Source: Bugula neritina (lineage: Eukaryota; Animalia; Bryozoa). Taken from it: a DNA stretch of 64,000 nucleotides. Shown one piece after another: positions 1 through 12,815 of this stretch. The stretch spans positions 11,936,741 through 12,000,740 of the forward strand of contig OZ037768.1 in NCBI GenBank assembly GCA_964035545.1. Direction: 5' to 3'. The notes under the pieces are model-generated. The model had not been told where the DNA came from. It saw nothing but the letters and a program-made list of their open reading frames with translations, and ran no database searches. Position 1 is the first letter of the stretch. Every line of letters begins with the position of its first letter. The translations under genes were made by a program, and so were the position numbers.

Positions 1-238
1 GTTTTACTTCAATTTGCATTTAACTATTACAAATCTCAGTATCGGTATACTTGCATTATTTAACGGGCAATTGTTTCACAGATTGTGGTTATAGATTGAC
101 TGCATAATTAGCTAATATAAATATAACACATGCTTTCCAATAGGTTGTCTATAGCTTTCATTAAAATGTATTGCTCATACAAGATTGGTATAATTTACAC
201 ACTCAAATCACTATTAAACATTGATGTGTTTCTTGCAG

Positions 239-1374
239 ACGTTCCTAGAGTGTGTTAGACTGAGGTCCTTTGGGACTTATGGCCTGCAGCAGATTCAAGT
301 AGACACCCATTATTTGCAGCTGTATTTATGGAGATTTGTTTCGGATGAAAAGTAGGCACTTACTCAAATTTAAAATTAATCATTGATACACTACGTTTTG
401 ATTTATTCATTAGTATACATGCACTAGCATATGTACGTCTGTATATATACACTAGTATACATATACTAGTGTACATAAACTGGTATACATAAACTAGTAT
501 ACGTACACTAGTATATGTACCACTGGTCTATATACACTGGTATACATACACTGGTGTACATATACTAGTATACATACACTAGATACATATACTAGTATAC
601 ATACACTAGATACATGCACCGGTATACATATATATGTAAATCATACACATAAACTCATCTATAATTCATATAATAGGAAATGGCAGTCAATTGCATTCCT
701 ATCATAATTAAAGTATGCATTTTATTGCAGCATTGTGCATTCTCTGTTGGATGAAATTGTAAACAGTGCAGTCCACAGATGTGTTGAGCCCACACTCATG
801 GAGCCTAGTGTAAGTGATTTTATTCATCCTGCTTTAAAACAGATCCTCGTTTTGGTCATGTATGTTGCTTTATTTCTTTTACTGGACTTATAACTCTTGG
901 TTTAAGTTTGGGGAGGTATTCAACCAAACCACACTCGAGAATTAGATGTTAGACACCTCCTAAATTCTAAAATATCCAAACATACACATATCTTATTTTG
1001 GTCTCTTCTACGACCCTACACTGTATCAAACTAGATATCTGAGTATGTTGACAAATGAAACATGGTGATTAATTTATGATAGACCTCAATTCATTAGTTG
1101 GGATTCTATTTTGTCCGTCACCAGAATCCTGGTATTATAATTATGATACTCCTTGTTACTATTATTAGTAACTGGTAATGGTACTATTTAAAGCAAAAAC
1201 CTTTGGATTGAGCAATCTGTGGTTTTGAACCATAATATATATGCAAATTAATAGCAAGAGTGATTGTATAATGTCATGTCAAAGTTGAGGTTTAGAGGAT
1301 GATGAGTACATTCTAATAGCTTACTCCTGTGTTCTGTGTTGTAGATTGTGGAACTTATCTGTGATCAAGGGTAG
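239..1374 (+). CDS. VPS51: Vacuolar protein sorting 51 (GARP/EARP subunit), last three coding exons 239-351, 731-809, 1345-1374; gene starts before the window
   Basis: Spliced translation [73 protein letters not shown] matches the conserved VPS51 C-terminus; GT-AG junctions are phase-consistent; TAG at 1372-1374. Confidence 0.95.
415..635. repeat. Degenerate ~14-bp minisatellite (consensus ~TATACATACACTAG) in a VPS51 intron
   Basis: About 15 tandem variants such as actagtatacatat / actggtatacatac are visible. Confidence 0.85.
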
Positions 1375-1944
1375 CCAATTCCTTTCTTCCAACTGCATTC
1401 AATTTTCCAATAATCCGTGGCAGTTTTTGGCTAAAGTTATTTATTTAATAATAGCACTAATATATCTATGAACTAAAAGAAGTTAGATTTGTTAAATATA
1501 ATGTATTTTTTCTAAGAATTTTCCTAGAAAACGTGATATAAAATTAAAGTTTCATCAAGTGATATAAACTGCAAATTTGTTATTTTGTAGCAAATAAATG
1601 TATGTCTCTTTGTATTGCGATTATTGACATTATGATAAATACAACTTAAACTATGCCAGGACACCATTCAACTCAAGTTAGTATTCTCTGCCTAAGAGTT
1701 TCTTGAGTTTATTACTACATGCAAGGTCAGACAAGGGCAATACTTGGTGGTCTGTTTTGTGCAACAATGTATTACAAAATGATATGCGATGTTGAAATAA
1801 CCATACATAGATATAATGCCACAAGTACGTGGTATCTGTTGTACAACAAACTTCATTTATACAGTCTTTTCCATAGTTTTACTATGCACCTGTGTTAGTG
1901 TTATGAAGTATCAACGTCTACTGCTGAAAGAAATTCTAAGTATA

Positions 1945-4042
1945 CTATTTTGCCACCAGTCTGTCTTCCAAACATGGCAGGCCATCCAGGTAGATCATAT
2001 TCTCTCCTTTGCTTTGAAGCACCTCCTTTACATGTCTCCAGGAACCGCCAGCGCGCCCCAGTCTTAACCTGTGAACAAAATCAGCCTTACTGTCAGTTCG
2101 CTGTATGTATGCTCCATAAATACTTGATAATCACATTGAGACCAGATGCAATTTTCGCATAATTTTTAGATATTTGCAAAAAACTTCTATTCTGTGTAAT
2201 TGTCTCTCTTCTTGCTAGATAGGAGACTCAGTTGCTGACTTATTAGGAGTTATACTAGTACAATAGCTGTGTTCACCATCATAAAGAATGCACTTGCAAG
2301 TATATGAATATTCAGCAAGCTGGCTAAGGCAGCCAATGGACATGTTTAATGCCTGTAAAGCTTTCATTATATACTTCTTTGAATTTAATTAAATATTTAC
2401 CTTACACTCTCTAAACCTGCTCTTTCTCCACCAGGAGCACTTCTTATGGTACTCTGTGGAATATAAAGCTTTTTGTACCATAAAATCACATTAGCTAATA
2501 CATCAAGTTATTCACATTCACGACAATCTTTCTTAAAAATGGAAAAAAGGAATTTATAAGTCATATAATTCTTGCTCCTTCTAATAAATTGGTGATTTAA
2601 TTTTCAATTTGTGAATTTTTGACTAATTTACCTGATGCCGACTTTGTATGATTTGTCTCGACATGGGAACAAGTGATTGCATGCCCCGGACTCTATTCAT
2701 TCTATACTGATACTGCTGCGAATTTTCAGGTCTCAGTTGTGTGTTTAGTGCTGGTAACCTTCTCTGGAGCATTCTCGATTGTGGTTTCTAAAAGTTATTG
2801 TAGTGCTGTGATTACCCAGTAGCCTCCCCCCTCCCTGGTGTAATGGTTAGCACACTTGCTTGCGAGGCTGAGGTCTCAGGTTCGAATCCCGGTGAAGGCA
2901 ATTATTTTTCAGTTATGGTCAATGAGGGCATTTCACAAAGCATTTAAACGTTCTATTCTAACAGTGAATCGTAATATTATGCAGCGGCTCATATATATGT
3001 AGGAAGTTCAGCAGACACATAAATCACTTAAATTATATTTAGCGTAGAGCATTATTTAATCGATTTGGTATTTGTGGTTGTCTTTATAAATCTTTCCTCA
3101 ACATCCTTATAACTCCAGCATACTGTAACCACCTTGAATATGCAAAACTGTATGTTGTCAGACTCGCAAGTAAGTGGAAACTATGAAAATAATTCCAACT
3201 TGTGAGTTGGCCACTTGCACTATAGGTTAGACAAAGAAGGTACATTACTGCTTAGTTTAGATTTATAGCTTTTGTCTAGCTTCATTTTAAAATCAGACAA
3301 CTTCTCATGATACAAAGTTTTGACTGCCTCTAATTAACAAGTGATATTAGAAAAGATGCCTGCAAGTGATTTATTAATATGCATGCAGCAGGCTGATGAC
3401 TTAATAGTACAAGAAAGTGGTTATTTTAAACAACAATAATTATAATTTTGTCTACAATTTAATCCAATCCAATACAAATTTCATCCTTTATTTTAGCACA
3501 AAGGTATGTATAGCGCTGACATACCCGTTCATTATTTTCGTCTAAACCCATGTGGTAGGAGAAGGTTCTGCTTTGATGAGCTGTGAGGGCTATTGTTCGA
3601 CCAGGCACGGTTCTAAAATATACATCTAATGTGAGACACTTGCAAGATATAGCAGCAATATGCTGTTTTTATTTGAAGAATAAATAAAATTATTTTTGCA
3701 TACTAGAAAACAAAACTCATATATATTTTGCAATATTTAAAAATGATCAAGTAAATGTTGAAACTTTGATACATACCTACTATAAACGACATGTTTTGTT
3801 TTTTTTTAGTTGTAGCTTTTGCAAATCAATCATTTTATGATATGCTAGCAGCTCCTCATACAAGTGTACCAAAATTCTAATACCAGCATCCATGCACATC
3901 TTTTAGATGTTGGTTATGTAGATATAAAATGTTATATACACGCATGTGATAGTATTGTCTAATTAACTATGGCATACCTTCTGTCAGTACCAGCTTCTGG
4001 TCTTGAGGGACAATGGAAGTTATTTTTGTAGACTGCAGCCAT
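1945..4042 (-). CDS. Uncharacterised ~161-aa protein, 5 coding exons (4042-3978, 3612-3525, 2787-2632, 2453-2401, 2068-1945)
   Basis: All four GT-AG introns join in phase into one open frame MAAVYKNNFHCPSRPEAG...RLRLGRAGGSWRHVKEVLQSKGENMIYLDGLPCLEDRLVAK*; exons are GC-richer than flanks; start uncertain (frame stays open to an acceptor near 4072). Confidence 0.75.
2829..2905 (+). mobile_element. tRNA-derived SINE head / degenerate tRNA pseudogene
   Basis: A-box TGGTGTAATGG and B-box GGTTCGAATCC at tRNA spacing, but mismatched T, anticodon and acceptor stems. Confidence 0.75.
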
Positions 4043-5324
4043 ATTACTCCATGACTTTTTAAAACTCAACACTGACAAGAATAAACTGCCACCCAGAATT
4101 CATAAAACACTAATGTTGCTTTTATGAATGCAGTATAACTGCTGCATATATCACATATGTAATGATGATAATTGCTCACATTAGGTTTGAATACTTTCCA
4201 TGCATTGAACTATAAATCCTTTAATGCTAAACCTAATTTCTTTTTGTTTTTCTGATTTGTATTATTTTGTTTACAGTCAGTGACTAATTTTGCATTATAT
4301 ATAATATCTATATTTGGTATTGTTACCTTGTAGCTATCAAATGATAATAATCTTAAAGCAAATGAGCAAAGACTTCAACCACACTAGTATTACATAAAAT
4401 TCTAGATTCCGTTTAATGTAGGCAAGCATAAAATGTACCGTCTACTTTTTATTCAAAAATTTGGAAATCTGCAAAGATATTTTTTCTATAAGTATAATGC
4501 TTATGGTTCTTATTATAAATGTAATGATTATGGTTTAAAGAAACACATTTTATTATAAAAAATCAGTAAAATATGTATAAATATACTCGTATGAACTTGT
4601 ATATTAATAGAAGACTTGGAACTTTACTATTTACAAAATTGCAGTAAGCAACTACATAGTATGGCACATAAAATTCAAAGAATAACTTCTTCACTAATCA
4701 ACACACGCAATCACAAGAATAGTATATCAATTACAATTAGGATATAAAATTTAACTTGAAGCAACTAAACTACTAATATTAGACAAAAACAAACAAATAA
4801 TAAGTTTAAACCACACACTAAATATGAATTAATATTTTTACAACCTTTTTTTACAAATAACCTGAGAAATACAAACTTGTGCTTAAATCTTTTTTAATAT
4901 AGAAACAGCGTGCATGCTTTAAAGTAATATAAAAACCAGTAAATATTCACAACACAGAATGGAGACTTGAAAATAAAGCATAATTCGTGAAATCACAACA
5001 GTATAATAGGCTGGCTATATAGGAGCATTGGCATAGAATAGTCTGATAAAGTATTCGTATTGGGTGAAAATATAAAAAGTATAAATATAATTATAATAAT
5101 ATAGTAAATGATTATAATACAGTAATTAATTGGCTTAGGATAAGAATATCGTTAGTGCAAAAACTGCATAATATAACAAAACATGTTAATATATAATAAT
5201 ATATAGAATGTTGCACTATTGCATCAGTACCTGAATAAACACATACTATGAATCATGAAACAAATATAAGATGATTCTAAATTATAGTTTTGGAAGATAG
5301 TAATTTTTTAGCAATAGCTTGTAC

Positions 5325-7000
5325 CTGAGATTAATCATGGGACATTATTTTGTATTGGAGTTCAGTCATTTAAACCTTCATCTCTGTTAGCAGATTAGTT
5401 GAACATGGTACAGCGTTTCCATATGGACTTCCCAGATAGATTGATCCTGACTTTCTACTAGAGAGATATTTCCCTGAGTCTTGCTGTCTGTTGTAAATAT
5501 ACCTCGGACTGTTTTGAATATGACTGAGCGTCAAATTATTTCATTTCCTAAAAAAAGAGTAACATAATTTCATCAGCCATTTTGAATTCACATCATAAAT
5601 GAAGGCCTGCACTGAATAATAACGACAAGCAATTCATGTCAGCAAGTGATGCAGTTGTTCCTTTAAATTCCTTTAAATATACACAAAGCTGAAATGAAAA
5701 ACTAAATTCTAACTTTCAAATGCCACTTATTGATTCATAAATAAGCTACAACTTATAAGCATTACAAGAATCACAAGCCACAAATAAACAGAGTAAGCTG
5801 AAATTAACAGATAAACACTCATTAGTATATGATGAACTAAAAATATAATAATTATTTTTCTGTGTTTGCTAGCTCATACTATAGCACTGTATTATCTCCA
5901 ACTGTCAAAACATAGAAATAAAACAAAGTTATGTTGTAACTGACTATTACTAACATAACTTAACTAACTCAGCTCCAGAAGTGGAAAAGTCACAGAACTT
6001 TGGATGAATGTATACCCGGTGATGAGAGAATTTACCATAACCGGACATATACCCATCTAATGTAACTGCATTATTGATGTTACTAAGGGCATTCAGCAGG
6101 CAGCAAGCATGGAGTATTAGAAGTTGTCTCTCTATTTCATATTGAATATAAATGGAGTACAACTCCAGTTACAAGGACTAATATTTTATAAGCCACTACA
6201 TAATATTATTTTTTTACTGTTGTACTCTATTATGCTACGTATATTTTACTGCTAAACTGGTAATACTATCACAGTTTAATACTATTTATCACAAATACGT
6301 ACAAAAGATATAATTATGTATACTATTAAATATCAACACAACTAATATTATATACTAATTCCATATCAAAGAGAAAAAAATTGAACAAGCATTACTGTTA
6401 GTTGGACCATGCAACTTTGACAGTAGTCTTATATTTGTTAGTCTTAGTGAGACACATTGGCACACAATGGTCCCAGTTTAAACGCTTTAAACTAGTTTCA
6501 AAAGTTCAAACGACACTCTTAGAGAATCTTCCAGAAATGAATGTAACTTAAGACAGTAGATCAAGAAGAATTTTGATATTAGATGACAGAAAGTTGCAAA
6601 TTAAAGGGTTATTAATTACAAACAGATTTAAAACAATCTTCTAGAACAAAGGACAAGAAATGGGTAGACCCTAATATAAGAAATAGTAGGCGTCTCTTAA
6701 TTTATTTTAACTTTATCAGCTACTATTTCTTGACCTTGTAAGACTAAACTTGTACATATAGCTATTTGTATTTAATTTCCATATATTAAATTTTATACTC
6801 ATGCTTATCGCAATGTCAACCCTGTTGAAACAAAAGAATTACTATTACTTGTGACTTATGAGCCCAAATCATAGTCATAATTGTGACTTATTGATTGACA
6901 AACTGCAATGCTGATAACTGTATTTTATATACTTACCATTTAGATTTCTGGAACTCTGTGGTAGCTCAGCCTTTCACCATCTATCAGTTGTAGGATAAAC
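5325..7000 (-). other. Putative spliced exons (~7000-6937, 6056-5969, 5547-5325): 5' UTR of the orphan gene, small-peptide gene or lncRNA
   Basis: Canonical donors (gtaagt, gttagt, gtacaa) and acceptors; short ORF MSGYGKFSHHRVYIHPKFCDFSTSGAEK* across the 5969/5547 junction. Confidence 0.45.
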
Positions 7001-10000
7001 TGAGAGCAACATGAGTATCAGTATCAGTATGAGTATCACTGTAGGACGTAGGTGTCAGTCACTTTAGAATAGCCTAAACCAGCTACTACACCATTAGCCG
7101 TTCAATATTTAACTGCCAATCACTGAAATAACTCCATACCAGAAGCTGGTATTGGTGTTAGTACTTACATCAACTGTAGTAGTGGCAATGTGTTGTCACA
7201 CTCACACTGCATCTGCTGTAGACACAACAACTGATAGCCAACATGTTTATCAGTCAACTTAAATACACCCCTCCAATTGTACTTCAATGGAGTGTGCATC
7301 TATATTCACACTGTCGTGTCCTCATATGAACCCATGTTTGTCCTCACTGCGCTTCTATAATCTGCAGTCTAGTACTATGCAGTAGTAGATCTGACCTTAA
7401 ATAACTCTGCATGCTGGCTAATAACTGGTCTAGCTTAGCTCAACACAAAGAATGTTGATGTTTCATTAGAGTTGAAGCGCCCCCTGCACTCAACAAGTCT
7501 AGCATGTGATTGGTTTCCATTGTCTTATTTTTCCAGTCATTATAACAAAAAATGGTTTGAACTCGGAGCAGGGCTTTAGCGTGTCATGTTTTTATAATCA
7601 ACAAGGGCCTTTGGGCATACTACTGCGGTAATTATTCATCACATCATCCATAGAATCATGCGAGCTAAATATACATCATTTTGCAACAACTAAATGTTGT
7701 AATGTTAGATTAATAATCTGATAGTAAACCAGCAAAAAGCTACAATGATTTAGTAATAATTAAATGTCTGCTCTTTAGTTACAGGTTTAAAAATTATTTT
7801 AAGCACATGCCTATACATTCAAGGCCTTCCAAACGACACTTAATATATAAACATAAGAAATTATTTGCAACTTCTAGAAAGTGAGCTCTTAAAATACAGC
7901 CAAATTTGTTAGACAAACTGTAATCCAAATTAGTAGGATAGTGCCACACATACCCCAGTGAATAGAGTGTGTATTGCTGTGTTTTAAACATCAAAATATT
8001 ACATTGTGGTATGATAAAATCCTGGACTATGGCATGATTATTTATTAAATATTATGTAAGCTATTGACAGCATGCAATTCTGCTGATTGTTTTGTTGAAT
8101 GACAGCAATAATGAGCTTGATTAAATCAGGTTTTTGTTACCTAATTTCTTGATAAATTAGAAAAAATACTATAAATTGCAATTGATATAAACCCATAGTA
8201 GCCTTGAGCCAGTTAACCGGCCGTTATAATGCATTGTGACATTGCTGATAGGTCGCCATGTACAGTTACAGTATACCAAGAACAACATGTTATAACAATT
8301 GTGTTGCATTCAGAAGCTTTTTTACTCAGATTTGAAAAAGCCAATTTATGGTTCAACAAAAGGAAAGTTTTCTATGCTTATGTTTTTATTAGCTGCAACA
8401 AAAGATTTTGAGGTCACCAGTGGCATTATCTAAAACGTTTATTGCCAATAGAAGGCCTTAGTTCATACACTTTTCAGATAATATGACAGCCTGCTTTAAA
8501 TACGGATTTTAATTGCAAGGTTTGATAACCTTGCCTGTCTCGCTGATGATTCTGAGATAAAAGCATGCGAGGGCAAAAACTAGGTACATCTCAGATATAA
8601 CAAAAGCCCCAGTTTAAAAGACTCATTGCTAGATATGGTGGATGAGTTCTAATTATGCATATAGCCTCTTGTTCAGAGTTTCCACTTTGTATTCATGTAA
8701 TCGCTGTTGCTAAGTCACCCTTACTATGTGTCAGGTTTATAACTGTTTTATGTCTGAGGTGAAGCTTTAATAGAAGTCTTAATTTGCAAGAATCAGATTC
8801 TGAATTAATATCAAGATTAGTAAATCACTTGAATAGTCATAACTTCGTCTCCATGAAGTTTGCAAAAAATATTATAAATTATAATATTGTATGATTTGAA
8901 CGAAACATCATATGGTACTGAGGTGATCTATTGAATGTGATGTATACAGTTGTTAGAGTACTCACTGCATACCTGGTATTATTAGCTACATATAACATAA
9001 ATCATAGCTTACTAGCAACAACAGCATTGCTATAGGCATAAGAAAATAAATTTATTAGGAGCTACACTTTGAGTTAAATGGTGTTGGGTAATTAGCGTAG
9101 TTGATTACCCCAAATTGTCCCAAAAAACATTCAAGTGTTGACTCTATCAAGTGACTTGTATGCTTTACAGTAAAGAATGATAGCTATCACTAATTGGCCT
9201 TGCCTCAAGATAAAATAGTAAACAACCAGTGGATAGATTTCATACAAACCATAATACTATAATTATTTATTATGATCATGCCTATCATTTGACCTGAAGA
9301 GTTCATGCCAGGACATAGGTTCATGTGTAGCCATGCGGTATAGCCACCATATATTATATGGGTTGCTACTATATCGTATAAAGTCTACGAAATGCAAAGT
9401 AATGACTAAAAGCTGCGGGTGTCCTTCAGTCAGGACAAACGGAAGCACTTAAAATTATTATCATTATTGGTAGGACATGACCTCGACTCTCCGATAAGTT
9501 ACCCAACACAATGCTGATGAGCATGTGCTATCTCATACAAGGCCAAAGTACTAATAGCAGTCAGTAAATGTAGTCTCAATCCGTTTGTCTCAGCTTTAGA
9601 AAAAAAGAAATACAATATTAAAATAACAAATTTTTATTGTAAATATATTTTCAACAATTATTCGACCAGCTTTCGAAAGTATACAGCTAGGTGATGCATG
9701 TGATACAGTTACTTCGGCTCTGACAAATGCGCTGAGAAAGATGAGTTCAGTTTTGTAAATGCCTTTTTAGGAAACTGACAAAATTATTCTGACAATAATT
9801 AAACAGCAGAAACAGTTTTTTTGTAGTGAAAGTGAAAACACCTTAAAATATAAAAAAATATTAGAAATTGAATTTTTAATCATTATAGTGATAGAAATGT
9901 CAAAAATTGATTTTAAAGTCTTAGCTTCTATAATCTATATTCTATACCTTTGCTCAAGTTGCTAATATAGGATTTTATTATCACCCATGAGCATACTTAG

Positions 10001-12508
10001 TTAGGGGTCTGTATTATATATTAAATTGATATACAGTATAATAGATTTGTAAGTAGCTGAAAGAATATAGAGAAATACTTTATAGTTTATACAGTAACTG
10101 TTTAAAATCTAAATGTTGGATCGCTTAATCTGACACACGCTGACTGTAGTAAAATATGCAAAGCCTTAGCTTTTTGCAAATGAGATGTGGCTACAGCACA
10201 GCCCTTATAGCTCTCAAGTACAGCCAGTTACCAAAAATATGTGCTAGTGAACAGGCTAAGTTATACACCAAAATAAGTAAGCTTCTCTAATATTCTCTCA
10301 ATTCCTTAACTATATTGTATTTTTTCACTTTCTACAAAGCAATATGTATTTTGGAACATCATGTATATATATTTGCAATTTCGTTTGTGTTCAATAGCCA
10401 AACTTTGCTGAGTTGCCCCCTCTTTTCACAAAGGTTTAATGGTGTAAAAAGACAACTCCATATTAGACAAACTTCCCTACCATGGGACAAATAGCAGCAT
10501 GGGCTTAGTGTAAAGTAATATCAAATACAGTACTATTTATATAAAAATAATATAGTTATATGTTTCTAGTTTAGTACATTTCAGCAAAACAGAATAGTAG
10601 CAATTATCAGTTTGTCATTGTTGAAGTATAATCATGGTTTTTAAGCATGTATTGCATTATAAAATAGAAATGTTATCAACTGCATGAAAATTGCTAATAA
10701 CTTCAAATAAATTAGTTTTTAAGAAAATCATAGTCTGTTAATTAGATCTGAAAGTCAAGCATAAGAACATCGTCAAAAAAATTCCATTTGCTAAAAAAAT
10801 TATATCCTTAGAGAGTTTCAGTCTAGTTTATAGCAGGCCCAAAGTTATATAGTACAGCAACCATATATCATTCCAAATTGACTTAATAAAAGATAATTTA
10901 CTAATCATAATTACAGAGTTCAATTTCTGTGCTAAGTAAGTTAAATTACAATAAATTATAAACATATAGATCTGTGTATCCATTATTACAGCAGGCTTTA
11001 ACCTCAATTCTTATGTTGATTCAAACTCTTTCTTCATTCTCATAATATTTCATATTTTGTATGAGCTCTAAAAATAACAAATTTTGGCAATTGGCATAAA
11101 AATCAATTAACCACCGACAACTCAAATGATTGGATCTGTAAGCAATAATTGTTTTGCTATAATTATATTATAAAATTTTATAAATCAATTTGCTTAACAT
11201 ACAATAATTTTTTATCCTACAAACTGTAACTAATTTAAATAATATCATCATTATTCAACATTACTAAACCATACACAATATTTGCTTTAGCGAAAAATAT
11301 TTTTATAAAGCTTCCATAAAGATTTGTGCATAATCCAAAAGCTACTCATCAGCCTTTAACAAATATTGGAATTATCTTCCCAAAAAAAATTATTTTTACT
11401 CGAACACGTAATAGTTATTGTCTCCTGCTTTGATTTACATAGAAAACTTTGAATGATGTGAAAACCCTGCTAAAGCAGAAATTATTTCCATCTCAATCCG
11501 AACATGGCTCAATAATATTAATTATAACAAAATCAGAATTTTCATGCAAAATTGTAATTCATTTTTATCGGGACTCAATAAAGACACATTTTTGCTTTCA
11601 AAGAATAATTTATGTTTTTGATTTACTTTGGAAGTAGGTATCTCAAAGCAAAATTAATCATAAAATTAAATTACTTACTTGTTTTTACATTAACTTTAAG
11701 TTTAAGTTTCACTTTCAGTTTCATCTAATTAGTAAATCACTAATTCTAAATGTATTATAAATCTTGCTCTTAGACTTTGTCAGCTGAATAATGATGATCA
11801 TTAATTGTATAACACAATACTCAGGTGTTGAGCTTGAACTAATAATTGAAGTGTTGCTTTTAGTTTTTGTCAAAAAATTAGGTAATTTATTTCAAGTCAT
11901 CATAATGAATAAATTGTTATAATTTATCATTATCATTATGATCATCGTTATCCACCCATTGGCATTAAAAAACCTAACACTCGGACAGCCATGTACTTGT
12001 GGTTGTACTTGTAGGTGGACCCAGCATTATGCTCACTATCAATATGAACATAAATATTAAATTATATAATAATGTTAGGTTATTATAAGTATGATATTGA
12101 TGGTCACAAGAAGACTTTTGTTGACAATATGAATATGACTATCATTTATTATTAAATTTAATTAAATAGATATTGAAATTGAGTAATTATAAACATGAAA
12201 ATTAGTGCTACTTTATTACATTTACTGCGAGTATGAGTTTCTCTTGGGATAGAATAACACACACTATGAGTATATAAAAGAACACCATGTTATCAATTGT
12301 AATGATTATCAATTTATCCCAATTATGTACTTACTTAGATTTTAAACCATTTTACTTTTAGGGTGATAGCACTGTTTAGAAATAAATCAGTTATCATATA
12401 CATGAAAATAAACAAGCCATTTAGACTATACATGTTAATGAATAATTTAAAGATAAATCAGTGATTGTAATTTATATTAGCAGGTATTATGTTTGATTTA
12501 TATTATTA

Positions 12509-12815
12509 GGTGTCCCGTAAAAATGGCACAGGTAAAAATGGCACAGGTAATAATGGCACGAATGGCAAAGTAGGTGAAATGGCACGTTTTCAATATTAGG
12601 GTTTGCGGTTGGGGGTTTGGAATGGGGGTTTAGGTTTGGGGATGGGAGTTTAGAGTTTAAAGTTGGGGTTTAAAAGTTGGAGGTTTGGGTTTTCGAGTAA
12701 GGTTTGGATTTGGAGGTCGGTAAAATTTAGCACCAGTGTGCCATTTTTATCTACTTTTACATTTGTGCCATTTTTACCTGTGCCATTATTACCTGTGCAA
12801 TTTTTACCTAAAATC
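12509..12815 (+). mobile_element. Non-autonomous Mutator(MULE)-like DNA element, copy 1
   Basis: Subterminal inverted arrays of GGTAAAAATGGCAC / GTGCCATTTTTACC, G-rich GGGGTTT core, ends GGTGTCC...CCTAAAATC, 9-bp flanks atattatta/atattattg. Confidence 0.75.

Noticed and set aside
2829-2900. Functional tRNA gene
   Set aside because: Acceptor, anticodon and T stems are mismatched; better explained as a SINE head or pseudogene
5541-6985. Selenoprotein reading through in-frame TGAs
   Set aside because: No SECIS recognised, no redox motif context, and the upstream frame is closed by TAA without a convincing start
7474-7492. CTCF-like site GCGCCCCCTGCA
   Set aside because: Only a partial consensus match; a single short motif cannot be supported
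12595-12720. Interstitial telomere
   Set aside because: The G-rich tract is irregular and is the core of a dispersed TIR element
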